DNA of 61,323 bases from an uncultured Chthoniobacter sp. (GCA_964516705.1 CAZEYV010000077.1:1-61323), one strand, 5' to 3'. Counted from the first letter of the stretch, positions 34,936 through 44,721 are shown. A program made the numbers and translations. The notes: generated by a model from the sequence alone, not told the origin.

Positions 34936-36234
34936 TCAGCCCTTCTCCGCCGGTTTCGCCGGCGTCGCGGGGGAGGCTTCCTCCGCTTCCTCCGGCTGCT
35001 GCTCCTCCTGCTCCAGTTCCATCATGCGCCGCGCGCTGCGCTCGCCCAACCAGGCCCCGAAGCGCACCCATCCCGACTCTTGGGCCGCGGTCGCGATCCT
35101 GCCCAGCCGCTCGTTCTCGTCCAAGGCCTCGCGCAGTTTCTCCCGCGTTTTGCGCAAGGCCGAAGCGTAACCACTGACGTCGAGAGGGTCCTTGCCGGCG
35201 AGGAGGGCGGCCCAGTGGGCCGGCGCGGTCCGGGCCTCGCGCGCGCGCAGCACTTCCGCCGTGGCGTCCTGCACCTCGCCTCCGGCGGCGAGCGAAGCGA
35301 GCCGCAGGACGGCCTGCTGGAAAAGATCTTCCCGCACGCCCGACAGACTGTTCCAGGCCGCGCGGTGGTAGGATGCGAAATTGCGCCGCGTCTCCGGAGA
35401 GACCGGCAACTTGTCGCGCAGGGCGGTCAGCACCGCCATCTGCGTCTGCAAAAGATCGGCCGACGCGCGGGGCGACGGCTCGGCCTCGACCGGCGGCGGG
35501 TAGTGTGCGAGGAGCGGTTCATCGATCACCGCCAACTGGCTCTGCAAGGCGGCCAGCAGGACGGCGGCCATGCCGAAGTTGGGCGTCTGCGCGTCGAGTT
35601 GGAGGCCCCGGAGGAATTCACGACGCATGAAAAGATTCGAAACCGGGCCCGGAAAATGACCGGCGCCCAGCCAGTCGGGCAATTCCGCCCCGGCGCGTCC
35701 GGGTGCCCAGAGCCGCTCGAAGTGGACCGCGCGGGGTTCGTCCGCGGGGAGCGGACGGCCCCGGCTGTCGATCGGGGTGAGGGCGCTCACCGCCATGACC
35801 GGAGGGCGTCCCTCGCCGGGGTTGAGCAACGTTTCGAGGCAGCGCCCGATGCGCGCGGGAGCGTAGGCATCGCCGGCCTGCAGGAGGCCGACAAAATCGA
35901 AATTGGCCAGATACTCCGCCAGCGCATCGAGCGCCGCGGCCAGCGGCCCCGGTTCCACCTGCACGACTTCGACGTGCAATGCGGGGATAATATCATGCAG
36001 CTTCTCGGCATCCGGACTGGTCCCGTCGTCGAGCAGCACGACGAGGTCGGGCGGATGCGTCTGCGCGCCCAGCGAGGCCAGCGCTTCCCGGAGGCCCGGG
36101 AGTTTGGGAAAAAGCGGCACGACCACGGCAACGGTCGGGCCCGCGGGGGACATCTCCGCCGCACCGCTGTTATTTTCCGCCTCCGACATGGGCTTCCATT
36201 CGTAACGGATCGCGCGGTAGAATTCCACCCGCAT
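34936..36234 (-). CDS. Glycosyltransferase family 2-like protein with a long C-terminal extension
   Basis: VAVVVPLFP...LASLGAQTHPPDLVVLLDDGTS resembles the GT2 N-terminal DxD region. The start is uncertain: ATGs at 36189 or 36153 are more plausible than 36234, which is only 6 bp from the divergent gene. Confidence 0.6.
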   Translation of the reverse strand: MRVEFYRAIRYEWKPMSEAENNSGAAEMSPAGPTVAVVVPLFPKLPGLREALASLGAQTHPPDLVVLLDDGTSPDAEKLHDIIPALHVEVVQVEPGPLAAALDALAEYLANFDFVGLLQAGDAYAPARIGRCLETLLNPGEGRPPVMAVSALTPIDSRGRPLPADEPRAVHFERLWAPGRAGAELPDWLGAGHFPGPVSNLFMRREFLRGLQLDAQTPNFGMAAVLLAALQSQLAVIDEPLLAHYPPPVEAEPSPRASADLLQTQMAVLTALRDKLPVSPETRRNFASYHRAAWNSLSGVREDLFQQAVLRLASLAAGGEVQDATAEVLRAREARTAPAHWAALLAGKDPLDVSGYASALRKTREKLREALDENERLGRIATAAQESGWVRFGAWLGERSARRMMELEQEEQQPEEAEEASPATPAKPAEKG

Positions 36235-36240
36235 TAAATC

Positions 36241-37383
36241 ATGAGCAACCGATCATTCCCACCCTTCAGCCTGAGCCGTCTCCTCAAAAAGACGTTCGAA
36301 CCGCAACCCGGACAGCGTGTCTGCGTCCTCATCGACCTGAAAGACCCGCACGACATCAAGGATTTCAAATTCCTCGGGGATGCCAGCCTCACCGTGCAAA
36401 AGAAGGCCCACGACGTCTTCTACCAGGGCCTGAAGGGCGGCGTCCTCGACGAACTCGGTCTCAAGGGCGGCGAAATCTACGCCTACGAACTGACCGGCGG
36501 GAGCAATCTCGACCTGCCGGACGAGGCCTTCGCCCCGGACGGCCGCCAGCTCAGTTTCGAGAAAGACATCTACCCGAATTACGATCTCATCCTCTGCGTC
36601 TCGACCTACTCGGCCACCGCGCCGCTGACCGCCTCGGCCAAGCAGCACGGATTCCGCGGCGCCACGCTCCACGGGGTCAACGACATCATCCTCGGCTCGG
36701 GGCTTTCGGTCGACTATGACGAAGTCAGCGTCGAAGCCGAGAAGCTCCGCCAAGGCATGACCCGCGCCGATGCGGTCGAACTCGACTTCCATCTCGAGAA
36801 CGGCGCCAAACACACGCTCAAGCTCGATCTGGGGAAACAGGAAGCGCAGAAAAGCCACGGCTTGTGCCGCGGGAGCGAACCGGACGTGGCCAACTTGCCG
36901 GCCGGCGAAATTTATTACGTTCCGGTCGGTGCCGAGGGCGAATTTCCCATGAAATACGAGGACGGCACGCTCGGACTCATGCATGTGACCGGCGGACGCA
37001 TCAAAAAAGCGACCCTGATCAAAGGCCATGCCGCGACGATCGAGGCGCACAACCGCAAGCTGGAAAGCGATCCGGTCACCGGCGAACTCGGCGAACTCGG
37101 TTTTGGCACCCAGGTGCTCCCGGTTTCCGGCAAGGACATCCAGGACGAGAAAATCCGCGGCACCTTCCACATCGCCACCGGCCGCAGCGACCATCTCGGG
37201 GGCAGCCTGACTCCCGACCGCTTCGCCAACAAGATGAACGCGACCCACGACGACATCCTCTTCTCGCGCGAGAAAACGCCCGAGGTGAAGTCGTCCGAGG
37301 TCCGCATCTTCCGCGACAACAAAGTGGAGATCCTCCTCAAGGACTTCCATCCGTCGCCTTACATGGAGAGCCTGCTCGCCTAG
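36241..37383 (+). CDS. M29 (AmpS/PepS, aminopeptidase T)-like protein
   Basis: ANLPAGEIYYVP, ELGFGTQ, DEKIRGTFHIATG and NATHDDILF resemble M29 metal-binding and active-site blocks. This is a pattern-level call only. Confidence 0.55.
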   Translation: MSNRSFPPFSLSRLLKKTFEPQPGQRVCVLIDLKDPHDIKDFKFLGDASLTVQKKAHDVFYQGLKGGVLDELGLKGGEIYAYELTGGSNLDLPDEAFAPDGRQLSFEKDIYPNYDLILCVSTYSATAPLTASAKQHGFRGATLHGVNDIILGSGLSVDYDEVSVEAEKLRQGMTRADAVELDFHLENGAKHTLKLDLGKQEAQKSHGLCRGSEPDVANLPAGEIYYVPVGAEGEFPMKYEDGTLGLMHVTGGRIKKATLIKGHAATIEAHNRKLESDPVTGELGELGFGTQVLPVSGKDIQDEKIRGTFHIATGRSDHLGGSLTPDRFANKMNATHDDILFSREKTPEVKSSEVRIFRDNKVEILLKDFHPSPYMESLLA

Positions 37384-37397
37384 CAGGACCCGCGCGC

Positions 37398-38147
37398 TTG
37401 GCCGGCAACATCTACGAGGAAGAGCGGCTGGTCCGCGAATACCTGCTCTTCCACTACGGGGAGCCGGACGAGATCCTGCCTTGGAAGCACGGGCCTCGCG
37501 AGGCCCTCGGGTTCGCCGTCCGCTGCGTCCGCGACCTGCTCAACTCGTCCTCCGTCGGACGCGACGCCCGTGCCCTCGATGTCGGCTGCGCCGTCGGCCG
37601 CTCGAGCTTCGAGCTGGCCGGGCACTGTCGCGAGGTCATCGGCATCGACTACTCGCAAGCGTTTGTCGCGGCCGCGGCCAAAGTCCGCACGGAGGGATCG
37701 GTCGGCTACGAATATGCCGTCGAGGGCGACCGCACCGCGCCGGCCACGGCCCGCGTGCCGTCGGGGATCGATGTGTCGCGGGTGAAGTTCGAAGTCGGCG
37801 ATGCCATGAGTTTGCGCCCGGATCTCGGCGCCTTCGATGTCGTGCTGGCCGCCAACCTGCTCTGCCGCCTGCCGGACCCGCATGTTTTCCTCGCGCGCGT
37901 CCCGGACTTGGTCAAACCCGGCGGACAACTCCTCCTGACCACGCCCTTCACCTGGCTGGCGGAATTCACCCCGCGGGACAAGTGGATCGGCGGCACGGCG
38001 GGGAGCGAAAGTGCCGATGAGCTGACGCGGCTTCTCGAGCCGCATTTCGAATTGAAGCTGAGCAAGGAGCTGCCCTTCCTCATCCGCGAGCACGCGCGCA
38101 AATACCAGTGGAGCGTGGCCTGGGGCACGCGCTGGGTTCGGAGGTAG
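37398..38147 (+). CDS. SAM-dependent methyltransferase resembling the OvoA C-terminal domain (putative 4-mercaptohistidine N1-methyltransferase family)
   Basis: A TTG start at 37398 gives (M)AGNIYEEERLVREYLLFHYG, typical of that family's N-terminus. SAM motif LDVGCAVGRSSFEL. It is the 3' part of track ORF 36864..38147. Confidence 0.65.
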   Translation: MAGNIYEEERLVREYLLFHYGEPDEILPWKHGPREALGFAVRCVRDLLNSSSVGRDARALDVGCAVGRSSFELAGHCREVIGIDYSQAFVAAAAKVRTEGSVGYEYAVEGDRTAPATARVPSGIDVSRVKFEVGDAMSLRPDLGAFDVVLAANLLCRLPDPHVFLARVPDLVKPGGQLLLTTPFTWLAEFTPRDKWIGGTAGSESADELTRLLEPHFELKLSKELPFLIREHARKYQWSVAWGTRWVRR

Positions 38148-38216
38148 AAGCGTCCGTCGCTTCGGCGCCGGGGACGGCGCCGCTACATCTACTGTAGCGT
38201 CGGCGTCCCGCCGACG
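38144..38216. repeat. REP triplet: a GTAGAAGCG unit plus an A/B head-to-head doublet
   Basis: GTAGAAGCGtccgtCGCTTC overlaps the TAG stop at 38145-38147. It is followed by cggcgccggggacggcgccgCTACA-tcta-cTGTAGcgtcggcgtcccgccgacg. Confidence 0.7.
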
Positions 38217-38230
38217 AATTGACTGCGTTT

Positions 38231-39490
38231 CTACTCCTCCACGTCCGGCAGTTCCAGCGGCTGCGCCGTTGTCTTGGCCCCGAGGGTGCGCAGTTTTTCC
38301 GTCTGCCCGATGAGGTTGCCCCGCCCTTCGCGCAATTTGCCCATGGCCGCGTCATAGCTTTCCTGCATCTGGCGGATGCGCAGACCGACGTTCTCGAGGT
38401 CGCGGCAGAAAGCGACAAATTTGTCATAAAGCTTCCCGCCCTGTTCGGCGATCTGGCGGGCGAAGCGGTTCTGGTTGTCCTGCTGCCAGAGCTGGGCGAC
38501 CAGCCGTGCGGTGGCGATGACATTGGGGGCCGTGACCAGGACGACATTGCGCTCGAGCGCGGCCTCGACCAGATCCGGGGCTGTCTCCAGCGCGGCGTGC
38601 AGGGCCGGTTCGACCGGGACGAAAAGAAAAACGAAGTCCGGGGACTTCACCCCCGGCAGCGAGGCGTAGTCTTTGCCGGCCAGTTGCTTGATGTGGCGCC
38701 GGACCGATTCGGCGTGCTCCTTGGCCGCGGCCGCCCGTTCCTCGTCGGTCGCCGCGCTGCACTGGCGCTCGTAGGCGTTGAGCGAAACCTTGGCGTCGAT
38801 GACGACTTGGCGTCCGCCGGGCAGGTCGAGGATGACATCGGGAAGAAGGCGCCGGCCCTCGGCGTTGGTTTCGGCCGTCTGCGTGTGGAAATGCTGCCCG
38901 CGCAAAAGCCCCGCTTTTTCCAGCACGGTCTCGAGGACCATCTCGCCCCAGTTGCCGCGGGTTTTCGACTGGCCCTTGAGGGCCTGCGCGAGGTTGCCCG
39001 CTTCGCGGGAAACGGTCTGGTTCAGCTCGCTCAGACGCCGGACTTCCTCGGTCAGGGCGAAGCGCGCCTCGCTTTCCTTGCCGTAGGCCTCGTGCACTTG
39101 CGTGCGGAATTCCTTGAGCCGCTCGGAAAGCGGACCGAGCAACTGCTCGAGTTGCAGGCGGTTCTGCTCGGTGAAGCGCTTCGATTTGTCCTCGAGGATG
39201 TCCGAGGCGAGGTTTTCGATCTCGGCCTTGAGCGAGGCGCGGGATTCCTCGAGTCCGGACGTCTTCTGCTTCTCGGTGGCCAGGTCGGCGGCGAAGACCT
39301 GCAATTCTCCGACAAGCTTGCGCCTCTCCTCGTCGAGGTAACGGACTTGCCGCTCGTATTCATCGGCGCGCGAGCGCGCCGCGGCGGCCTCGGTCGCGGC
39401 GCGGACCGACCGCAGGTGCCCGAGGAGGAAGCCGGCCAGGCCGCCGAACAACGCGGCGGCGAGGGCATACCAAAGGTATTCGGCGGGCAT
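38231..39490 (-). CDS. rmuC: DNA recombination protein RmuC
   Basis: N-terminal TM anchor, long coiled coil, and a nuclease-like C-terminus (NWGEMVLETVLEKAGL, PDVILDLPGGRQVVIDAKVSL, DFVFLFVPVE). Confidence 0.88.
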   Translation of the reverse strand: MPAEYLWYALAAALFGGLAGFLLGHLRSVRAATEAAAARSRADEYERQVRYLDEERRKLVGELQVFAADLATEKQKTSGLEESRASLKAEIENLASDILEDKSKRFTEQNRLQLEQLLGPLSERLKEFRTQVHEAYGKESEARFALTEEVRRLSELNQTVSREAGNLAQALKGQSKTRGNWGEMVLETVLEKAGLLRGQHFHTQTAETNAEGRRLLPDVILDLPGGRQVVIDAKVSLNAYERQCSAATDEERAAAAKEHAESVRRHIKQLAGKDYASLPGVKSPDFVFLFVPVEPALHAALETAPDLVEAALERNVVLVTAPNVIATARLVAQLWQQDNQNRFARQIAEQGGKLYDKFVAFCRDLENVGLRIRQMQESYDAAMGKLREGRGNLIGQTEKLRTLGAKTTAQPLELPDVEE

Positions 39491-39526
39491 GGGAACTGTC
39501 TAACACGCGCGTCCATCGGCGCCAAA

Positions 39527-39545
39527 GTAGAAGCGCGTCCGCTTT
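39527..39545. repeat. Single REP unit, GTAGAAGCG flavour
   Basis: GTAGAAGCGcgtcCGCTTt. Same orientation and head as the unit at 38144. Confidence 0.45.
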
Positions 39546-39565
39546 CCCCGAGTCGTGACTTGTCC

Positions 39566-40732
39566 ATGGCGATGTCTTTCTGTTTCGCTGCAGGTGTGCC
39601 ATTGACCAGTGCGCCCTCTCCTGCCGCCCACGCGCCCGGCGACTGGGACTCCTGCCACGCCTGCGAGGCGACTTACCGGCACCGCGCGCTGGCCAAGGGG
39701 GAAAAACTTTTCTGCGCGCGCTGCGGCGAACTGCTCGATGTGGCCCGTATCGAAACGCTCCGGCAGGACGGCCTTGCTTTGGCCCTGACCGGTCTGGTCC
39801 TCCTCGTGCTGGCCAATGTTTTCCCGGTCATGACCTTCGACGTGGCCGGCGCGGAGCAATCGAACCACATCATCACGGGGGTGCAGGGGTTGATCGGGCA
39901 GAACTACGCCCCGCTGGCCGTGCTCGTTTTCTTCAGCGCGATCCTCGCTCCCGGTCTCTACCTCCTGCTCGGCAGCTATGTCCTCACCGCGCGCTGTCTC
40001 GGACAGGTCTGGCCGTTCGATTTCAAACTCTACCGCGTCATCGAATGGCTCGCCCCGTGGAACCTCGTGCCGGTTTTCGCCGTGGCCTGCCTCGTCGCCG
40101 TGGTGCGCCTCGATCTGCTCGGCACGGTGACCTGGAAAACCGGCGCCATTTTCATCGTCCTCCTCTCGCTCTGCTGCCTGCTCCTCGAGCAGTTGCGCGA
40201 AAGCGCGGGTCAGGAATCCGATGCGCGGCTCCGTCCGCAAGCCGACCCGCGGGTCAAACGCCAGCGCGCCATCGCTCTCGTGGCCGCCGGCATCATTCTG
40301 TATCCCTTCGCCAACCTGCTTCCGGTCATGACCATGAGCGTGACCGGCGAAGTGGAAGCGCTGACCGTGTGGGGCGGCGTGCTCGAGTTGTACCATGTCG
40401 GGCTGTGGCCCGCGGCGGTCATCGTCTTCCTCGCCAGCATGTGCGTGCCTTTTTTGAAACTGGCCAGTCTGGTCTGGTTGCTCTGGATGGACGGCAAACC
40501 GGACTACCGGGTCGGCCGGACGAAACTTTTCCGCGTCCTCGAGACGGTCGGCACGTGGTCGATGGTCGATATTTTCCTGCTTTCCGTGCTGGTCGCGGTC
40601 GGGCAACTCGGCACACTGGCCAGCGTGCAGACCGAACCCGGCGCCCTCTTCTTCGCGGCCGTGCTGGTCTGCACGCTCTTCGCGGCGGCCAACTATGACG
40701 TGCGCATGATCTGGCGGGAGGCGAAAGGATGA
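39566..40732 (+). CDS. pqiA: Paraquat-inducible protein A (two PqiA repeats)
   Basis: Two zinc-ribbon-like CxxC pairs (CHAC...CARC). TM repeats with the FPVMTF / LPVMTM motifs. Overlaps pqiB by 4 nt. It is the 3' part of track ORF 38219..40732. Confidence 0.85.
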   Translation: MAMSFCFAAGVPLTSAPSPAAHAPGDWDSCHACEATYRHRALAKGEKLFCARCGELLDVARIETLRQDGLALALTGLVLLVLANVFPVMTFDVAGAEQSNHIITGVQGLIGQNYAPLAVLVFFSAILAPGLYLLLGSYVLTARCLGQVWPFDFKLYRVIEWLAPWNLVPVFAVACLVAVVRLDLLGTVTWKTGAIFIVLLSLCCLLLEQLRESAGQESDARLRPQADPRVKRQRAIALVAAGIILYPFANLLPVMTMSVTGEVEALTVWGGVLELYHVGLWPAAVIVFLASMCVPFLKLASLVWLLWMDGKPDYRVGRTKLFRVLETVGTWSMVDIFLLSVLVAVGQLGTLASVQTEPGALFFAAVLVCTLFAAANYDVRMIWREAKG

Positions 40733-43029
40733 GTGACGGGAAGGACATCCCGCAGGACCACGGCCGGGTTGTGCGCAAGCGGGGGCGCATTTCCCTGGCC
40801 TGGCTTTTCCCCCTGATCGCCATCGGCGCCGCCGTCTGGATGTATCTTGACTACCTCGACTCCCTCGGACCGGAGATACGGATCCAGTTCACCGACGCGC
40901 CCGGTGTGGAGGAGGGGAAGACGCCGATCATTTTCCGCGGCGTGGTCGCCGGCACGGTGACCAAGGTCAATCTCGACACAAAACTCGAACAGGCCATCGT
41001 CACCGTGCGTCTGGAAAAGTTCGCCGCGGGCCTCGCCGTGCAATCGACCGATTTCTGGATCGAGCGTCCCGAACTTTCCCTCCAGGGGGCGAGCGGTATC
41101 ACCGCGCTCATTTCCGGCAACTCGATCCACGCGCGGCAGGGCGACGGACCGCCGCGTTACGAATTCACCGGACTCGACACAGGCCCGGTTTTGTCCGCGG
41201 CGGAAACAGCCTTTCATATCCGCCTGGTCTCCGAGCAAACCCAACCGCTCGACCGCGGCGCGCCGGTCACCTACCGCGGGGTCAAAGTCGGCCGCGTGCG
41301 CGAGCAATCGCTTTCGCCGGAGGGCAAGCCCTACATCGACCTCTCGATCGAGCCCGGCAAACACGACCTGCTCAAGACCAGTTCGCGCTTCTGGACCGTG
41401 CCCGCTTCGTCCGTCACGATGGGTCCGGGCGGGATCAAGGTCGACGTTTCCGGCCTCGACACCCTCATCCAGGGCGCGGTGGCTTTCGATGATTTCGGGG
41501 TGGACGGCGAGCCGCTCGCCGGCGGCACGACGGTTCCGCTCCTCGCTTCCGAGGCCCTCGCGCTGGCCTGCGGCGAACCGGTCACCATTTCTTTTCCCAA
41601 CGGACGCGGTTTGCGCGCGGGGCAGACGCGTATGACATATTTCGGCATCCCGGTCGGCATGGTCACCAACCTGGCCGTGGCCGGCGGTCAGGTCGAGGTC
41701 ACCGCGCGCTTCAATCCCGGCTTCGATTTCCTCCGCTCCGGCGGCTCGCGCTTCGTCCTGGTCGAACCGGAGATCTCGCTGCAGGGGATCAGCGGTCTGG
41801 AGACCCTCATCACCGGCGTGGTCATCGAGTGCGAACCCGGCCACGGCGGCTCGCTCGAAACGAAATTTGCCGGCGTGGTGCCCAAGACCGACGACGCGGC
41901 GTCCGCGGTCACGGCCGATGAAACTTCCTTCCGCCTGCGTCTCGAGTCCGGGCAAACCCAACCGCTCGACCGCGGCGCGCCGGTCACTTACCGCGGGGTC
42001 AAGGTCGGCCGCGTGCGCGAGCAGGCCCTCACGCCGGAGGGCAAACCGTATATCGAAATCGCGGTGGACCGCGCGAAGAGCGGCCTGCTCAAGACCAGCT
42101 CGCGCTTCTGGTCGGTCCCGGCATCTTCCGTCACCATGGGCCCGGGCGGGATCAAGGTCGACGTCTCCGGCCTCGACACCCTCATCCAGGGCGCGGTGGC
42201 CTTCGATGATTTCGGGGTCGAGGGCGGACCGTTGACCGAAGGTGCGACGGCCGAACTGCTCGCCTCGGAAGCGCTGGCCAAAGCGTGCGGCGAGCCTTTC
42301 ACCATCACCTTCCCGAACGGGCGCGGTTTGCGCGAGGGACAAACGCGCCTCACCCGGCTCGGTATTCCGGTCGGCATGGTGACCGCGCTGCAAGCCACCG
42401 GGGACAAGGTGCGGGTGACCGCGCAACTCAATCCCGGTTTTGATTTCCTCCGCGCGCCGGGATCGGAATTCATCCTCGTCGAACCCGACATATCGCTCCA
42501 AGGCGTGAGCGGGCTCGAGACGCTCGTGACGGGGGTGATCATCGAGTGCAAACCCGGGCGGGGCTCCGGGCGCGAGATGGTGTTCGCCGGACGCGTGCCC
42601 AAGGACGAGGAGACGCCCGTGCTCGCGATGAGCCGGAAAGGGCGGCATTTCCGCCTGGTCTCGCGGGCCACCTCCACCTCCGAGGGCGCGCCGGTGCTCT
42701 ACCGCGATCTGCAGGTCGGATCGGTCCTGGAGAAAACGCTGACCGACGACGGCCAGGCGGTCGAGCTGGTCATCGGCCTCGAGCCGCCGCATGCCCACCT
42801 CGTGCGGGAGAACACGGTCTTCTGGGACGAACGCGGCCTGCGCGGCTCGATCGGTTTCTTCCATATCAACATCCAGACGGCCATCCCGTTGCCCGTCATC
42901 GGCGGCGGGGCCATCGGCTTCGCCACGCCGGACGACACCGCGCCGCCCGCGCCGGCGGGAACGGTGTTCACGCTCTACGACCGGCCGCAGAAAGAGTGGC
43001 GCAAGTGGAAGGATCCGGCGGTGCGGTGA
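40729..43029 (+). CDS. pqiB: PqiB-like MCE-domain protein with about six MCE domains
   Basis: N-terminal TM anchor (ISLAWLFPLIAIGAAVWMY). Six consecutive MlaD/MCE-like modules (YRGV.VG.V pattern). Confidence 0.85.
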   Translation: MSDGKDIPQDHGRVVRKRGRISLAWLFPLIAIGAAVWMYLDYLDSLGPEIRIQFTDAPGVEEGKTPIIFRGVVAGTVTKVNLDTKLEQAIVTVRLEKFAAGLAVQSTDFWIERPELSLQGASGITALISGNSIHARQGDGPPRYEFTGLDTGPVLSAAETAFHIRLVSEQTQPLDRGAPVTYRGVKVGRVREQSLSPEGKPYIDLSIEPGKHDLLKTSSRFWTVPASSVTMGPGGIKVDVSGLDTLIQGAVAFDDFGVDGEPLAGGTTVPLLASEALALACGEPVTISFPNGRGLRAGQTRMTYFGIPVGMVTNLAVAGGQVEVTARFNPGFDFLRSGGSRFVLVEPEISLQGISGLETLITGVVIECEPGHGGSLETKFAGVVPKTDDAASAVTADETSFRLRLESGQTQPLDRGAPVTYRGVKVGRVREQALTPEGKPYIEIAVDRAKSGLLKTSSRFWSVPASSVTMGPGGIKVDVSGLDTLIQGAVAFDDFGVEGGPLTEGATAELLASEALAKACGEPFTITFPNGRGLREGQTRLTRLGIPVGMVTALQATGDKVRVTAQLNPGFDFLRAPGSEFILVEPDISLQGVSGLETLVTGVIIECKPGRGSGREMVFAGRVPKDEETPVLAMSRKGRHFRLVSRATSTSEGAPVLYRDLQVGSVLEKTLTDDGQAVELVIGLEPPHAHLVRENTVFWDERGLRGSIGFFHINIQTAIPLPVIGGGAIGFATPDDTAPPAPAGTVFTLYDRPQKEWRKWKDPAVR

Positions 43030-43148
43030 AGCCCGCCACGATTCGGATAAACTTCTACCGGTCAACATTTTACGCAGCGAAGCAACCTCCTTCCGACCGC
43101 CAATCCTTGTCCCCTCGCAGGCCCTCCGATAGTCTGCAGGGCTGATTT

Positions 43149-44252
43149 ATGAAGACGGCAGACAAGTTCAAGGTGGCGGTGTTGGCGGGCGACGGGATCG
43201 GACCGGAAGTGATGGCCCAAGCCCTGCGGGTGCTCGAGGCGGTGGCGGCCAAATTCACCATTCCTTACGAACTGCGGGAGGAGAGGGTCGGCGGGGCGGC
43301 CATCGATGCGGACGGCGTGGCCCTGCCGGACAAAACCCTCCAGACCTGCAAAGAGTCGGACGCCATCCTCTTCGGGTCGGTCGGCGGACCGAAATGGGAA
43401 TCCCTCCCGCCCAACCAGCAACCCGAACGCGCCGCGCTGCTCGCCTTGCGCAAGACCTTCGCCCTCTACGCCAACCTCCGCCCGGCCGTCTGCCTGCCGG
43501 AGCTGACCCACGCCTCCCCGGTCCGCGAGTCGATCGTGGCGGGCGGGGTCGATGTCATCTTCGTGCGCGAGCTGACCGGCGGCCTTTACTTCGGCGAGCC
43601 GAAATACATGAAGCACGAGAGCGGCGAGTGGTTCGCGGTGGACACCATGATTTACTGGGAGAGCGAGATCGAGCGCATCGCCCATGTCGCTTTCCAGACG
43701 GCGATGAAACGCCGGCACCATGTCACCTCGGTCGACAAAGCCAATGTCCTGCAGAACGGCATCCTCTGGCGCCAGACGGTGGACCGCGTGGCCAACGAGT
43801 ATCCGGACGTCAAACTGCGCCACCTCTACGTGGACAACGCGGCCATGCAACTCATCCGCAACCCGAAGGGCTTCGACGTCATCCTCGCGGAAAACCTTTT
43901 CGGCGACATCCTCAGCGACGAGTTGGCCATGATCGCCGGATCGCTCGGCATGCTGCCCAGCGCGAGCCTGGGGATCTCCAAGGGCAACGGGCGCTATTTC
44001 GGCATGTATGAGCCGAGCGGCGGCACCGCGCCGGACATCGCCGGCATGGGCATCGCCAATCCCATCGCGCAGATCCTCTCCGCGGCCATGATGCTGCGCT
44101 ACTCGGCCGGACGCGAGGACGCGGCCGCGGCCATCGAGGCGGCGGTGCAGCGCGTCATCCGGGACGGACTCCGCACCAAGGATATCCACACCGAGGGCAC
44201 GCAGCTGGTCGGCACCGCCGAGATGGGGCGGGCCATCGTCGAGGCGCTGTGA
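43149..44252 (+). CDS. leuB: 3-isopropylmalate dehydrogenase
   Basis: [49 protein letters not shown]. Confidence 0.93.
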   Translation: MKTADKFKVAVLAGDGIGPEVMAQALRVLEAVAAKFTIPYELREERVGGAAIDADGVALPDKTLQTCKESDAILFGSVGGPKWESLPPNQQPERAALLALRKTFALYANLRPAVCLPELTHASPVRESIVAGGVDVIFVRELTGGLYFGEPKYMKHESGEWFAVDTMIYWESEIERIAHVAFQTAMKRRHHVTSVDKANVLQNGILWRQTVDRVANEYPDVKLRHLYVDNAAMQLIRNPKGFDVILAENLFGDILSDELAMIAGSLGMLPSASLGISKGNGRYFGMYEPSGGTAPDIAGMGIANPIAQILSAAMMLRYSAGREDAAAAIEAAVQRVIRDGLRTKDIHTEGTQLVGTAEMGRAIVEAL

Positions 44253-44265
44253 GCGCGCAAAACTG

Positions 44266-44721
44266 TTGTCCCGCCGCGGGCTTTGTCCGCACACTGCCCC
44301 GCAAGTGAACTTCCGCAAACAGGCCGTGCCGGAACCCGGGGCGTTCCAGATCGCCCCGATGGTCGACATCGTCTTCCTGCTCCTCATTTTCTTCCTTGTC
44401 ACCTGGAACTTCGCGCGCTACGAGACCGAGCTCGACGTCAAGGTCCCCACGGCGAAGGAAGGCACGGAATCGCGCCGCGCGGTCGGCGAAGTCATCATCA
44501 ACGTGAAATCCGACGGCGCCATCGTCATGAACCGGCGCGAAATGTCCGGCGACGAACTGACCGCAACGCTGCGCAAGATTTCCGAATTGTATCCCGACCA
44601 GGCCGTCATCCTGCGCGGCGACCAGGCCGCCGACTACCGGCACATCGTCGCCGTGCTCGACATCTGCCGGGCAGCCAACATCTGGAATGTGGCCTTCGCC
44701 ACCGGACGTCCCGGGTCATGA
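44266..44721 (+). CDS. exbD: ExbD/TolR-family biopolymer transport protein
   Basis: IAPMVDIVFLLLIFFLV TM segment plus the periplasmic domain (AVILRGDQAADYRHIVAVLDIC). The start may be an internal GTG near 44305. Confidence 0.8.
   Translation: MSRRGLCPHTAPQVNFRKQAVPEPGAFQIAPMVDIVFLLLIFFLVTWNFARYETELDVKVPTAKEGTESRRAVGEVIINVKSDGAIVMNRREMSGDELTATLRKISELYPDQAVILRGDQAADYRHIVAVLDICRAANIWNVAFATGRPGS

Noticed and set aside
40693-43068. 791-aa minus-strand ORF
   Set aside because: Antisense to the six-MCE pqiB gene. It is a shadow ORF.
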